This document shows, in pieces, positions 6,591 through 15,096 of a DNA stretch of 39,904 nt (position 1 is its first letter; each line of letters starts with the position of its first letter). The DNA lies in contig DYKS01000003.1 of NCBI GenBank assembly GCA_020722485.1, positions 1 to 39,904 of the forward strand, in the 5' to 3' direction. The stretch comes from Candidatus Elulimicrobium sp. (GTDB lineage: Bacteria; Patescibacteriota; Minisyncoccia; Moranbacterales; UBA9337). Under the pieces are notes generated by a model. The model saw only the letters and a list, made by a program, of their open reading frames with translations. It was not told the DNA's origin and made no database searches. A program made the position numbers and the translations under genes.

Positions 6591-7916
6591 TCATTTTCTT
6601 GATTTAACATAGTCCAAAATTATACAAGCAGTTTCTCTGCTGGTTCCCAGAATAAAATATTCTCCTTCTAAAAAATAATCCACAGAAAAATTATTTTCTC
6701 TATCCACGTTTAAATATCGAGAATTGCCTCCTTTATCGCATATTCCGCTTTTCATTGGAGAAACTGATGAAGAAAAATCTTTTCCTAAAAATAATGGTTG
6801 AACTTTTGCGGCAATACCAATTTCATCTTTGACTATTTCTTGAGAAAACGATTGAATATCTTCTACTATCACAGCTATTCCCATCCGAACCCCATAATCA
6901 TTATTGACAAAATAAAGTGAAAAATCCTCCCCAAAAGTTTTCAATGTTTCCGGAGAAAGGGTCAAGTTAAAAATCTGAGAAAAAATCGGAAAAGCGATTG
7001 GATTAATATCATAATCTACCACTTCAAATTCAAAAATTTTTCCTTTTTCTTCATACGATTGGATTTCCTCGCTAATTTTTTTACAATCTTCCAAAATACT
7101 TTGCGCGGTAGCGTCTTCAGTATTCACTTTTAAATAATTTATCCTTTGAGAAGAATATTTGCCCTCTGTTTCTATTGGAACAACAATTTTCTCTTCTGTA
7201 AATTCTTTTGGTTTATCAGCGCCTTTGTTAAAAATCCCTCTTTTCCAGAAAAAATATCCTCCTGCCAATAAAAAAGAAATAACTAAAATAACAGATGAAA
7301 TCAATAAAAATTTTTTCTTTGAATGAGCCGGTTTGCTTTCTGATGAAATTTCCAAAGAAGGATTATGTTTATCAGGAATGTTTTTCGCGGAAAAGAATTT
7401 ATTGAAATCATCAGACGGAATTTCAGCTTTTTTTTCATTTAAAGAAAATTTATTCTCTTCTTTGGGCGAAAAAGAACTTGCCAAAGATGATTTTCTTTTG
7501 GAAATAACTTCGGAAGGAAAAGGGCGATGAAAAGAAGAATTGGGAGCGGATTTCTTTGATTCGGAAAAAGCTGAAGTATTAAAATTCTTATTTTTATTTA
7601 AACCAGAAAAAATTTCCTTGACTGACTTATTTTCCGGTAGAGAAGAAACGGTATGAGAAACATTATGAGAAACCGAGGCAGGGGAGGATTCTTTTTCAGA
7701 AATAGAAATTTCCTTCGATTCTTTTTTATCTTCTTCTGTAAAATCAGACAAATCTTTTTTTATATTTAGAATTTCTTTTGAGCTTCTATCCAAATCGTCT
7801 TTCATCGTATGAAAAACCGCTTGAATAGGTTGCTCCGATTCGGAAGAATATTTTTCGGAATTATTTTTATTTGTCGTCAAATTAGAAAAAAAGGGAGAAT
7901 TTGTTTTATTGCTCAT
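6591..7916 (-). CDS. Hypothetical single-pass membrane protein: S/K/E/N-rich disordered N-terminus, one TM helix, ~215-aa C-terminal globular domain
   Basis: Long uninterrupted ORF. TM segment FLLISSVILVISFLLAGGYFFW. No family signature recognised. Confidence 0.6.
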   Translation of the reverse strand: MSNKTNSPFFSNLTTNKNNSEKYSSESEQPIQAVFHTMKDDLDRSSKEILNIKKDLSDFTEEDKKESKEISISEKESSPASVSHNVSHTVSSLPENKSVKEIFSGLNKNKNFNTSAFSESKKSAPNSSFHRPFPSEVISKRKSSLASSFSPKEENKFSLNEKKAEIPSDDFNKFFSAKNIPDKHNPSLEISSESKPAHSKKKFLLISSVILVISFLLAGGYFFWKRGIFNKGADKPKEFTEEKIVVPIETEGKYSSQRINYLKVNTEDATAQSILEDCKKISEEIQSYEEKGKIFEFEVVDYDINPIAFPIFSQIFNLTLSPETLKTFGEDFSLYFVNNDYGVRMGIAVIVEDIQSFSQEIVKDEIGIAAKVQPLFLGKDFSSSVSPMKSGICDKGGNSRYLNVDRENNFSVDYFLEGEYFILGTSRETACIILDYVKSRK

Positions 7917-8051
7917 TTTTTTTAAAAACCGTTCAAAACAAAAAAATATTTCAAACGATTCAAAAACATTTTAAAATTTTAATGATATATTATCACACAA
8001 TTCCCTTTTCTCCAAATTCACAATCATAAACAATAAACGGACAATAAAAAA

Positions 8052-8070
8052 AGCGAAAAATTTTTTCGCT
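8052..8070 (-). terminator. Intrinsic terminator downstream of pnp: AGCGAAAAA / TTTTTCGCT hairpin with flanking A/T runs
   Basis: Near-perfect palindrome 29 nt beyond the pnp stop, followed by a T-run when read on the minus strand. Confidence 0.6.
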
Positions 8071-8098
8071 TTTTTATCTAAACAAAAGAAAATATCTT

Positions 8099-10228
8099 CT
8101 ATTTCTGCTCTTTTAACGCTTCTTTCATAGAAAGATTAATTCTTCCTAAATTATCAATGTTTTTCACTTTAACCAAAACAACATCTCCTACTTTAACCAC
8201 TTCATCTACCTTCGCCACGCGATGATCAGCTAGTTCAGAAATATGAATCAATCCTTCTTGTCCGGGCAAAACTTCCGCGAAGGCTCCAAAGTCCATAATA
8301 CGAGTCACACGAGCGTTAAAAAATTCTCCTGTTTTGATTTCGTGAGTTAAATTTTCAATCCACTTTTGAGCTTTTTGCGCGCTTATTTCATCCGAGGAAG
8401 TAATAAAAACTATTCCATCGTCTTCAATATCAATAGACACTCCTGTTTCATCAATAATTTCATTGATTACTTTTCCTCCCGGTCCAATCACATCCCGAAT
8501 TTTATCCGGATTAATTCGCATAGTAATAACGCGTGGCGCGTATTGGGATAGATTTTCTCGCGGAACAGCGATAACTGCCAACATTTTTTCCATTATTTCC
8601 AAACGATTGCGGCGCGCTTGTAATAAAGTTTTTTCCAGAATTTCCAAAGGAATACCTTCCACTTTGACATCCATTTGTAAAGCGGTAATACCATTTTTTG
8701 TGCCGGCAACTTTGAAATCCATATCTCCGTAATGATCTTCCATTCCTTGAATATCAGAAAGAATTTTATAATGAGAAAAATCTCCTTTTTTCGCTTTATC
8801 CTGATCAATAATCACTCCCATAGCAATACCACTCACTGGTTCTTTGATGGGCACTCCGGCATCCATCAAAGATAAAGTAGATCCACAAACTGAAGCCATA
8901 GAAGAAGATCCGTTGGAAGAAAGAATTTCGGACACTAAAAGAATTGTGTAAGGAAACTCTTCTTTAGATGGAATTACCGGTATTAACGCTTTTTCCGCCA
9001 AAGCGCCATGCCCAATTTCTCTTCTGCCCGGTCCGCGCATTGGACGCGTTTCTCCCACTGAAAAAGGCGGAAAATTGTAATGATGAATATATCTTTTCTT
9101 GGTGTCGGTTTCCATTGTGTCAATTATTTGCTCAGCGCCAGGTGCTCCTAAAGTGGTAATTGTTAAGGCTTGCGTTTCTCCGCGGGTAAATAATCCCGTT
9201 CCGTGTGTGCGAGGGATAATGCCCACTTGACAATCAATGTTTCGCACTTCGTCCAATTTTCTGCCGTCTGGACGCGCTTGCTTTTCCAAGATATTACGGT
9301 GAATCGTCTCATCAGAAATCTCATCAAAAATTATTTCCGATACCTCTCTCATTTTTTCCGCTTCCGCTGAATATTTTTCAGAAATTAAATCGTTTACTTT
9401 ATTTTTCAATTCATCTATTTTTTCGTAAACTTCTTTCTTTTTTCCTAAATAAAGAATATCGACTAAACCATTGTTAAGAAAAAACTCTCGAATTTCTTTT
9501 TCAAATTCTGGCGTTCCTTCCATTAAAATCGGTTTAGCTTTTTCTTGTCCGATTTCTTGGCGAATATTTTCAATAAAATCCACGATTTTTCCGATGGCTT
9601 CTTGGGCAAACGATAAAGCCTGAATCACTTGTTCTTCTGGAATCTCAACCATTCCCGCTTCTATCATATTGATTTTATCTTTCGTTCCTGCCACAACTAA
9701 ATCAAAATTTTCCGCTTTGATATCTTCTTTTACTGGATTGAGAATCCAATCTCCATTCACTTTTCCTACTCGCACAGCTCCAATTGGACCATTCCATGGA
9801 ATATCAGAAATCGCCAACGCTACCGATGCGGCAATAATAGAAATAAAATCCGGATCGTTTTCCTGGTCAATAGAAAGAACGGTAATAATTACCTGCACTT
9901 CATTTCTCATTCGGTGATTAAACAAGGGACGGATGGAACGATCAACCGCGCGTCCGGAAAGAATGGCTTCATCCGATGGACGTCCTTCTCTTTTTATGAA
10001 ACGGGACCCTTTGATTTTTCCAGCGGCATAATATCGCTCTTCAAAATCCACCATCAAAGGAAAATAACCTTTGACAGACGCTGCTTTAGAACTCATTACA
10101 GCTGTTGCCAAAACCACAGTATCTCCATATTTAACAACTGCGGCGCTATTAGCTTGTCCAGCTAAAAAATTAGTCTCCACGGACAGTTCTCGCCCTCCGA
10201 TTTGAAGGGACCATTTTTGTTTCTTCAT
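8099..10228 (-). CDS. pnp: Polyribonucleotide nucleotidyltransferase (PNPase)
   Basis: Two RNase PH-like domains, then KH (..INPDKIRDVIGPGGKVINEI..) and S1 (..GEFFNARVTRIMDFGAFAEV..GQEGLIHISEL..) domains. Start set at ATG 10228 (MKKQKWSLQIGGREL...). The track start GTG 10267 falls inside an upstream hairpin. Confidence 0.9.
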   Translation of the reverse strand: MKKQKWSLQIGGRELSVETNFLAGQANSAAVVKYGDTVVLATAVMSSKAASVKGYFPLMVDFEERYYAAGKIKGSRFIKREGRPSDEAILSGRAVDRSIRPLFNHRMRNEVQVIITVLSIDQENDPDFISIIAASVALAISDIPWNGPIGAVRVGKVNGDWILNPVKEDIKAENFDLVVAGTKDKINMIEAGMVEIPEEQVIQALSFAQEAIGKIVDFIENIRQEIGQEKAKPILMEGTPEFEKEIREFFLNNGLVDILYLGKKKEVYEKIDELKNKVNDLISEKYSAEAEKMREVSEIIFDEISDETIHRNILEKQARPDGRKLDEVRNIDCQVGIIPRTHGTGLFTRGETQALTITTLGAPGAEQIIDTMETDTKKRYIHHYNFPPFSVGETRPMRGPGRREIGHGALAEKALIPVIPSKEEFPYTILLVSEILSSNGSSSMASVCGSTLSLMDAGVPIKEPVSGIAMGVIIDQDKAKKGDFSHYKILSDIQGMEDHYGDMDFKVAGTKNGITALQMDVKVEGIPLEILEKTLLQARRNRLEIMEKMLAVIAVPRENLSQYAPRVITMRINPDKIRDVIGPGGKVINEIIDETGVSIDIEDDGIVFITSSDEISAQKAQKWIENLTHEIKTGEFFNARVTRIMDFGAFAEVLPGQEGLIHISELADHRVAKVDEVVKVGDVVLVKVKNIDNLGRINLSMKEALKEQK

Positions 10229-10266
10229 AGTTAAGTTGATCGCCAAGCCAGCTAAACCAATAAACA

Positions 10267-10309
10267 CACTATTTACTTTAAAAAAACTGACTTTTTAAAG
10301 TAAACAGTG
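10267..10309 (-). promoter_or_regulatory. 18-bp leader hairpin (17 of 18 paired) upstream of pnp
   Basis: CACTATTTACTTTAAAAA 10267-10284 pairs with TTTTTAAAGTAAACAGTG 10292-10309, 7-nt loop, one A/C mismatch. It lies 39 nt upstream of ATG 10228. Confidence 0.45.
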
Positions 10310-10577
10310 TGCCGGTTGGATACGGTTTTTGACGATTTTAAAATTAGAATTACTTTTCTTTACTTAAAATACTACCTTATGCTGATGTTTTTGTCAATTT
10401 AACGCAAATATTGACACAGGTATTCACACGGGATCTTTTCCTAATTTTATCTTTTAATTTCTCTTTTTGACAAAGTAATTTACAATTTTATGGAATAAAT
10501 ATTTGACAGTAAAAAAATTTTTTGATACGTTAAAATACTTGATTTTGTAATTTTTTATTCGTCTTTTATTTTTTTAT

Positions 10578-10586
10578 TTATCCACA
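10578..10586 (+). promoter_or_regulatory. Perfect DnaA box TTATCCACA directly abutting the start codon at 10587
   Basis: Read directly. Confidence 0.4.
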
Positions 10587-11717
10587 ATGGCTCTGGAAAC
10601 CAACCACCAAATTGAAGAATTTATCAAAAAATCTAAAAATATTCTCCTTTTGCTTCCGTTTTCTCCGTCGGGAGACGCACTAGGAGCGGCTTGGGCACTT
10701 CATTTTTCTCTGAAAGAAAAAGGAATAGAAACAGAAATTTTTTTTGACGATCCTTATAATCACGTTTCCTTGTTTAATTTCCTGCCTCATCCTAGTTTGA
10801 CAACTAATATCTCGGAAAAAAGAGAATTTGTTCTTATTTTTGATACTTCTCGCAATAAAATAAGCGACACTCACATAGAAAAAGAAGAAGATAAACTAAA
10901 AATTTTCATCACACCGGAGAAAGGATTTATTGAACCGCGCGATTTTTCTTTTATTCCAGCCCGTTTTAAATATGACTTGCTTATAATATTAGGATCTCCG
11001 GATAAAGAATCATTAGGAACTATTTATGAAAAACATTCGGATATTTTCTTTGAAATTCCAATTATTAACATAGACAATCATAATGAAAACGAAAATTTTG
11101 GACAAATTAATCTAGTAGACGTAACCGCTTCTTCAGTTTCAGAAATCGTCTTTAAATTCCTAGAAAAATCTGAATTTTCTTTAAGTGAAAAAACCGCCAA
11201 CTGCTTACTTTTTGGCATTATTAACGCTACGAATAGTTTCAAAGAAAAAAATACCACTCCTCAATCATTGGAAATATCGGCGCGCCTTATCGGTTTGGGA
11301 GCCGACCAGCAAAATATAATTCGCCATTTATACAAAACTCAACCTTTGAATATTTTGAAACTTTGGGGACGTGTTATGTCTCAATTAAAATGGAATGAAG
11401 AATTGAAAATAATTTGGGTAACAGTTTCTTTGGATGATTTTATTCAAAGCCGCAGTCAACCAAAAGATTTACCTTTAATTCTAGAAAAAATCAAAGAAAA
11501 TTATTCCGCTGGAAAAATTTTTCTGGCTCTTTATTCAGAAAACCAAAACTTTACTCGGGGTATTGTTCAATTTTCCCGGGAAGAAGATTTGTTGAAATTC
11601 ACGCGCTTGTTTAACGGTAAAAGAAGAAATTCCCAGTGTGAATTCGTTTTGGAAAATAAATCATTATTGGAAGCGGAAAAAGAAACACTGGAAAAAATAA
11701 AAAGTCTTTTTGTTTAG
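10587..11717 (+). CDS. DHH/DHHA1-like phosphoesterase homologue with degenerate catalytic motifs
   Basis: NrnA-like layout: ..SGDALGAA.. (canonical DGDxxGS), ..IFDTS.., ..NIDNHNENENFG.. (canonical DHH is DNH here). No GGGH motif seen in the C-terminal half. Confidence 0.6.
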   Translation: MALETNHQIEEFIKKSKNILLLLPFSPSGDALGAAWALHFSLKEKGIETEIFFDDPYNHVSLFNFLPHPSLTTNISEKREFVLIFDTSRNKISDTHIEKEEDKLKIFITPEKGFIEPRDFSFIPARFKYDLLIILGSPDKESLGTIYEKHSDIFFEIPIINIDNHNENENFGQINLVDVTASSVSEIVFKFLEKSEFSLSEKTANCLLFGIINATNSFKEKNTTPQSLEISARLIGLGADQQNIIRHLYKTQPLNILKLWGRVMSQLKWNEELKIIWVTVSLDDFIQSRSQPKDLPLILEKIKENYSAGKIFLALYSENQNFTRGIVQFSREEDLLKFTRLFNGKRRNSQCEFVLENKSLLEAEKETLEKIKSLFV

Positions 11718-11794
11718 AAACATTTTTCACTATTGCTCATACTTGCCAACTGGTTTAAAATAAAGACAGAAATTTTTTATTTTATAAAACAAAA

Positions 11795-14700
11795 ATGAAC
11801 ACTCAATCAAATCCAACAGATTTCCGCGATCCTTTGAATAAAAAAGAAATTATTCAAAAAACTTTGACAAAATTCAGCAAAGAAACCGAAGAAGAACAAG
11901 CTTCTTTACTGGCCAAAAAACACCAACTGCCTTATTTAGATCTTAATTTATTTTTTATCCAAGCCAACGAAGTCAAATTATTAGCGGAGAAAGAAGCGTT
12001 AAAATATCACGCCGCCATTTTTCAAAAAATTGGCAAAGAAATTCGCGTCGCCATTACCCAGCCACAAAGCAAAGAAACATTTGATTTTTTTAACGCTTTT
12101 GCTCAAAAAAATGGGTGGCAAGCGAGATTTTTTGTGGTTTCTAATTCTTCTCTATCAAAAGTATTGAAAAAATATTCTTCCGAAGACTTGTTAGATAATT
12201 TAAATCTGATCAAAGTTTCTCTTCATAAAGAAAACTTGGAAAAATTTGAAAAAGATTTTAAAAATCTTTTAGATCTCAAAAACCGTATTTTGGAAATTCC
12301 CATCACTCAAGTAATTGACACTATTTTGGCCGGCGCGATAAAAATGAATGCCAGCGACATCCATTTGGAACCAGAAGAAAAAGAATTGCGTATTCGCTAT
12401 CGTTTAGACGGAATTCTTCATTCTATCGGCGCTTTCCCTTTAAAAGCGCACCGCTCCTTAATCACTCGTATAAAAATAATGGGAGGAATGAAAATTAACA
12501 TTCACGAAACCGCGCAAGATGGAAGTTTTTCTTTTGATTTAGAACAACATAAAATTGACGCTCGAGTCAGTATTATTCCCGGAAATTTCGGGGAAAGCGC
12601 GGTTATTCGTTTACTGGATCAGTCGCAAACACTTTTACAAATAGAAGAATTAGGATTGCGAGGATTGGCTTATGAAGAAATAAAAAGACAAATTAACCGC
12701 CCTAATGGAATGATTTTAACAACGGGACCGACCGGATCGGGTAAAACCACTAGTCTTTATGCTTTTATTAATAGAATAAATACACCCAATGTCAAAATTA
12801 TTACCATTGAAGATCCGATTGAATACCAAATTAAAGGTATTTCGCAAACGCAAGTTTCCCCAGAAAACGGTTATACTTTCGCCAATGGACTGCGAGCTAT
12901 TGTTCGCCAAGATCCGGATGTCATTCTGATTAGTGAAATCCGCGATGATGAAACAGCTGATATCGCCATCAATTCCGCCCTTACTGGTCATTTGGTTTTA
13001 AGCACGCTTCACACCAAAGGAGCCAGCGCTTCTATTTCCCGTTTGCTTGAATTAAGGATAAGACCATCTTTAATTTCTTCATCGCTGAATACTATTATTT
13101 CCCAAAGATTAGTGCGTCGCCTTTGTCTTCATTGCAGAGAAGAATATGTCCCCGCGCCAGAAACAGTAGATTGGATCAAAAAAATTATTTCTTTAATTTC
13201 TCCAAAGTCTAAAGTAGAAATTCCTAAAAAAATAGAGAAACTCTACCGAGCCAAAGGTTGCGCTTATTGTAATGGAACGGGATACAAAGGACGCATCGGA
13301 ATTTTTGAAGTGCTTAGCATCAATGAAAAAATCAGCGATTTAATCCGAAATATGGAAAGCGAGAAAAAAATCAGCGAAGCGGCAATAGAAGAAGGAATGA
13401 TAACTATGGTTCAAGACGGAATTTTAAAAGCAATAGAAGGCAATACTTCTATTGAAGAAATATGGCGCGTAACGGATCAGGCTGATTTTTTAGAAAAAAT
13501 TTATGAAAAATTAATGGAGCAATCTCTGGCGCGCTCAATTCAAATTAAAGAAAAGGACTTAAAAACAGTTTCCGAACATATAATTTCTTTTGAAAAATTA
13601 AAAACTTTTTTGGAAAATCTTAAAACAGAAGATTTACTACGTTATGTTTTAGCCGGAGCGCTTTTGATTAATGCTAGTGATATTCATTTAGAACCAACCG
13701 AGAAAAATGTTTTGATCAGAATGCGTTTAGATGGCGTTTTACAAAATATAGCTTCTTTTCCACTAACTGAATATCCTTCTCTTTTAGGAAATATTAAAAC
13801 CCTAAGTGGATTATTGTATGAACAACAAGCCGGTATTCAAGACAGCCGTTTTTCCGTTGATTTAGAGAAACCCTTTGGAAAACTTACGATGCTAAAAAAC
13901 GACATTCGTGTTTCTATTATTTTAGGCGGCTATGGAGAAACAGCTGTATTGCGAATCCTTAATCAAAATTTTTCTAAAATAGGGATTGAATCTTTAGGAA
14001 TTCGTCAAGAAAATTTAAAAAAAATTAAAAAAGAAATCCATAAACCTTATGGTTTATTTCTAAACACCGGACCTACTGGATCAGGAAAAACCACTACTCT
14101 TTATGAAATTTTAAAAATTCTTAACAAACCAGAAATTAAAATCATTACCATTGAAGATCCAATTGAATATCGTTTAGATGGAATTATTCAAACCCAAATA
14201 AATGAAGAAAACGGATATACTTTTTCTAGCGCTCTTCGCTCTATTTTGCGCCAAAATCCCAATGTTATAATGTTAGGAGAAATCCGAGACGAAGAAACCG
14301 CTCAAATGGCAATCCAGGCAGCCCTTACTGGTCATTTGGTTTTAAGCACGCTTCACACTAATGACGCCGCTGGAGCAATTTCTAGATTTATTAATTTAGG
14401 CGTCCGTTCCGATGATTTAACAACATCTGTTGGCAGTTTTATGGCGCAAAGATTAGTGAGAAAATTATGCGACTGCAAAATTAAAACTGAACTTTCGGTG
14501 TCAGAAAAAGAAAAAATTAAAAAAGCGCTTTCCACTATTTCTCCTCAAGCAAAAATAAAAATTCCTCAAATTAAATACGCTTATCGCCCTAATGGCTGTC
14601 CCAAATGCAACGGGATTGGCTACAAAGGACGCGTGGCTATCAGTGAGATTTTAACAGTTAATGATAAAATAAAGGAAATGATTAATAATGGAGATCCCGT

Positions 14701-14821
14701 TTATAAAATCAAGAAACAGGCCCAAGAAGATGGAATGATTACTATGTTTCAAGATGGAGTTTTGAAAGTTCTAGAAGGAGAAACCACTTTAGAAGAAGTG
14801 GAAAAAGTAACCGGAGAATAA
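11795..14821 (+). CDS. Tandem-duplicated GspE/PilB-type secretion/pilus-assembly ATPase: T2SSE_N-like N-domain plus two complete ATPase modules
   Basis: Module 1: GPTGSGKTTS, IITIEDPIEYQI, DPDVILISEIRD, TGHLVLSTLHT, CLHC...CAYCNGTGYKGR. Module 2: GPTGSGKTTT, IITIEDPIEYRL, NPNVIMLGEIRD, TGHLVLSTLHT, CDC...CPKCNGIGYKGR. One uninterrupted 1008-codon ORF. Confidence 0.85.
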   Translation: MNTQSNPTDFRDPLNKKEIIQKTLTKFSKETEEEQASLLAKKHQLPYLDLNLFFIQANEVKLLAEKEALKYHAAIFQKIGKEIRVAITQPQSKETFDFFNAFAQKNGWQARFFVVSNSSLSKVLKKYSSEDLLDNLNLIKVSLHKENLEKFEKDFKNLLDLKNRILEIPITQVIDTILAGAIKMNASDIHLEPEEKELRIRYRLDGILHSIGAFPLKAHRSLITRIKIMGGMKINIHETAQDGSFSFDLEQHKIDARVSIIPGNFGESAVIRLLDQSQTLLQIEELGLRGLAYEEIKRQINRPNGMILTTGPTGSGKTTSLYAFINRINTPNVKIITIEDPIEYQIKGISQTQVSPENGYTFANGLRAIVRQDPDVILISEIRDDETADIAINSALTGHLVLSTLHTKGASASISRLLELRIRPSLISSSLNTIISQRLVRRLCLHCREEYVPAPETVDWIKKIISLISPKSKVEIPKKIEKLYRAKGCAYCNGTGYKGRIGIFEVLSINEKISDLIRNMESEKKISEAAIEEGMITMVQDGILKAIEGNTSIEEIWRVTDQADFLEKIYEKLMEQSLARSIQIKEKDLKTVSEHIISFEKLKTFLENLKTEDLLRYVLAGALLINASDIHLEPTEKNVLIRMRLDGVLQNIASFPLTEYPSLLGNIKTLSGLLYEQQAGIQDSRFSVDLEKPFGKLTMLKNDIRVSIILGGYGETAVLRILNQNFSKIGIESLGIRQENLKKIKKEIHKPYGLFLNTGPTGSGKTTTLYEILKILNKPEIKIITIEDPIEYRLDGIIQTQINEENGYTFSSALRSILRQNPNVIMLGEIRDEETAQMAIQAALTGHLVLSTLHTNDAAGAISRFINLGVRSDDLTTSVGSFMAQRLVRKLCDCKIKTELSVSEKEKIKKALSTISPQAKIKIPQIKYAYRPNGCPKCNGIGYKGRVAISEILTVNDKIKEMINNGDPVYKIKKQAQEDGMITMFQDGVLKVLEGETTLEEVEKVTGE

Positions 14822-14839
14822 AAAATAGAAAATAAAAAA

Positions 14840-15013
14840 AGTTCTTTTTATTTGTCTGTAGACAAACTTCCGAAAATTTTAAGCTTCGGATAAAGAACAG
14901 TGTCGAGGAACGTCTCAGCCGAAACCAAAACGCCCAAATCTAAACAAAAGTTCTCTTACATTAAGGATAAAAGATAGAAATCCCTAAAAGTCTACAGACA
15001 GATAAAAAGAACT
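14840..15013. repeat. 174-nt non-coding element closed by a 24-bp inverted repeat
   Basis: AGTTCTTTTTATTTGTCTGTAGAC (14840-14863) against GTCTACAGACAGATAAAAAGAACT (14990-15013): 23 of 24 Watson-Crick pairs, the exception being a G-U pair as RNA. Inner hairpin TCCGAA..TTCGGA. No ORF on either strand. Confidence 0.6.
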
Positions 15014-15096
15014 GGACTTTTAAATCTAGCATTTATTTATTTTTTTGTCAAGAGATGCTAAAATAAAATTCATATCGCGTAAAAGATATTCAAACT

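Noticed and set aside
8366-10165. Plus-strand ORFs of 61-89 aa inside pnp (8366-8551, 8463-8732, 8968-9159, 9669-9917, 9914-10165) and the minus-strand out-of-frame ORF 8593-8808
   Set aside because: They are embedded in an unambiguous PNPase ORF and give low-complexity or Ser/Arg/Phe-rich translations typical of antisense or alternate frames in AT-rich DNA.
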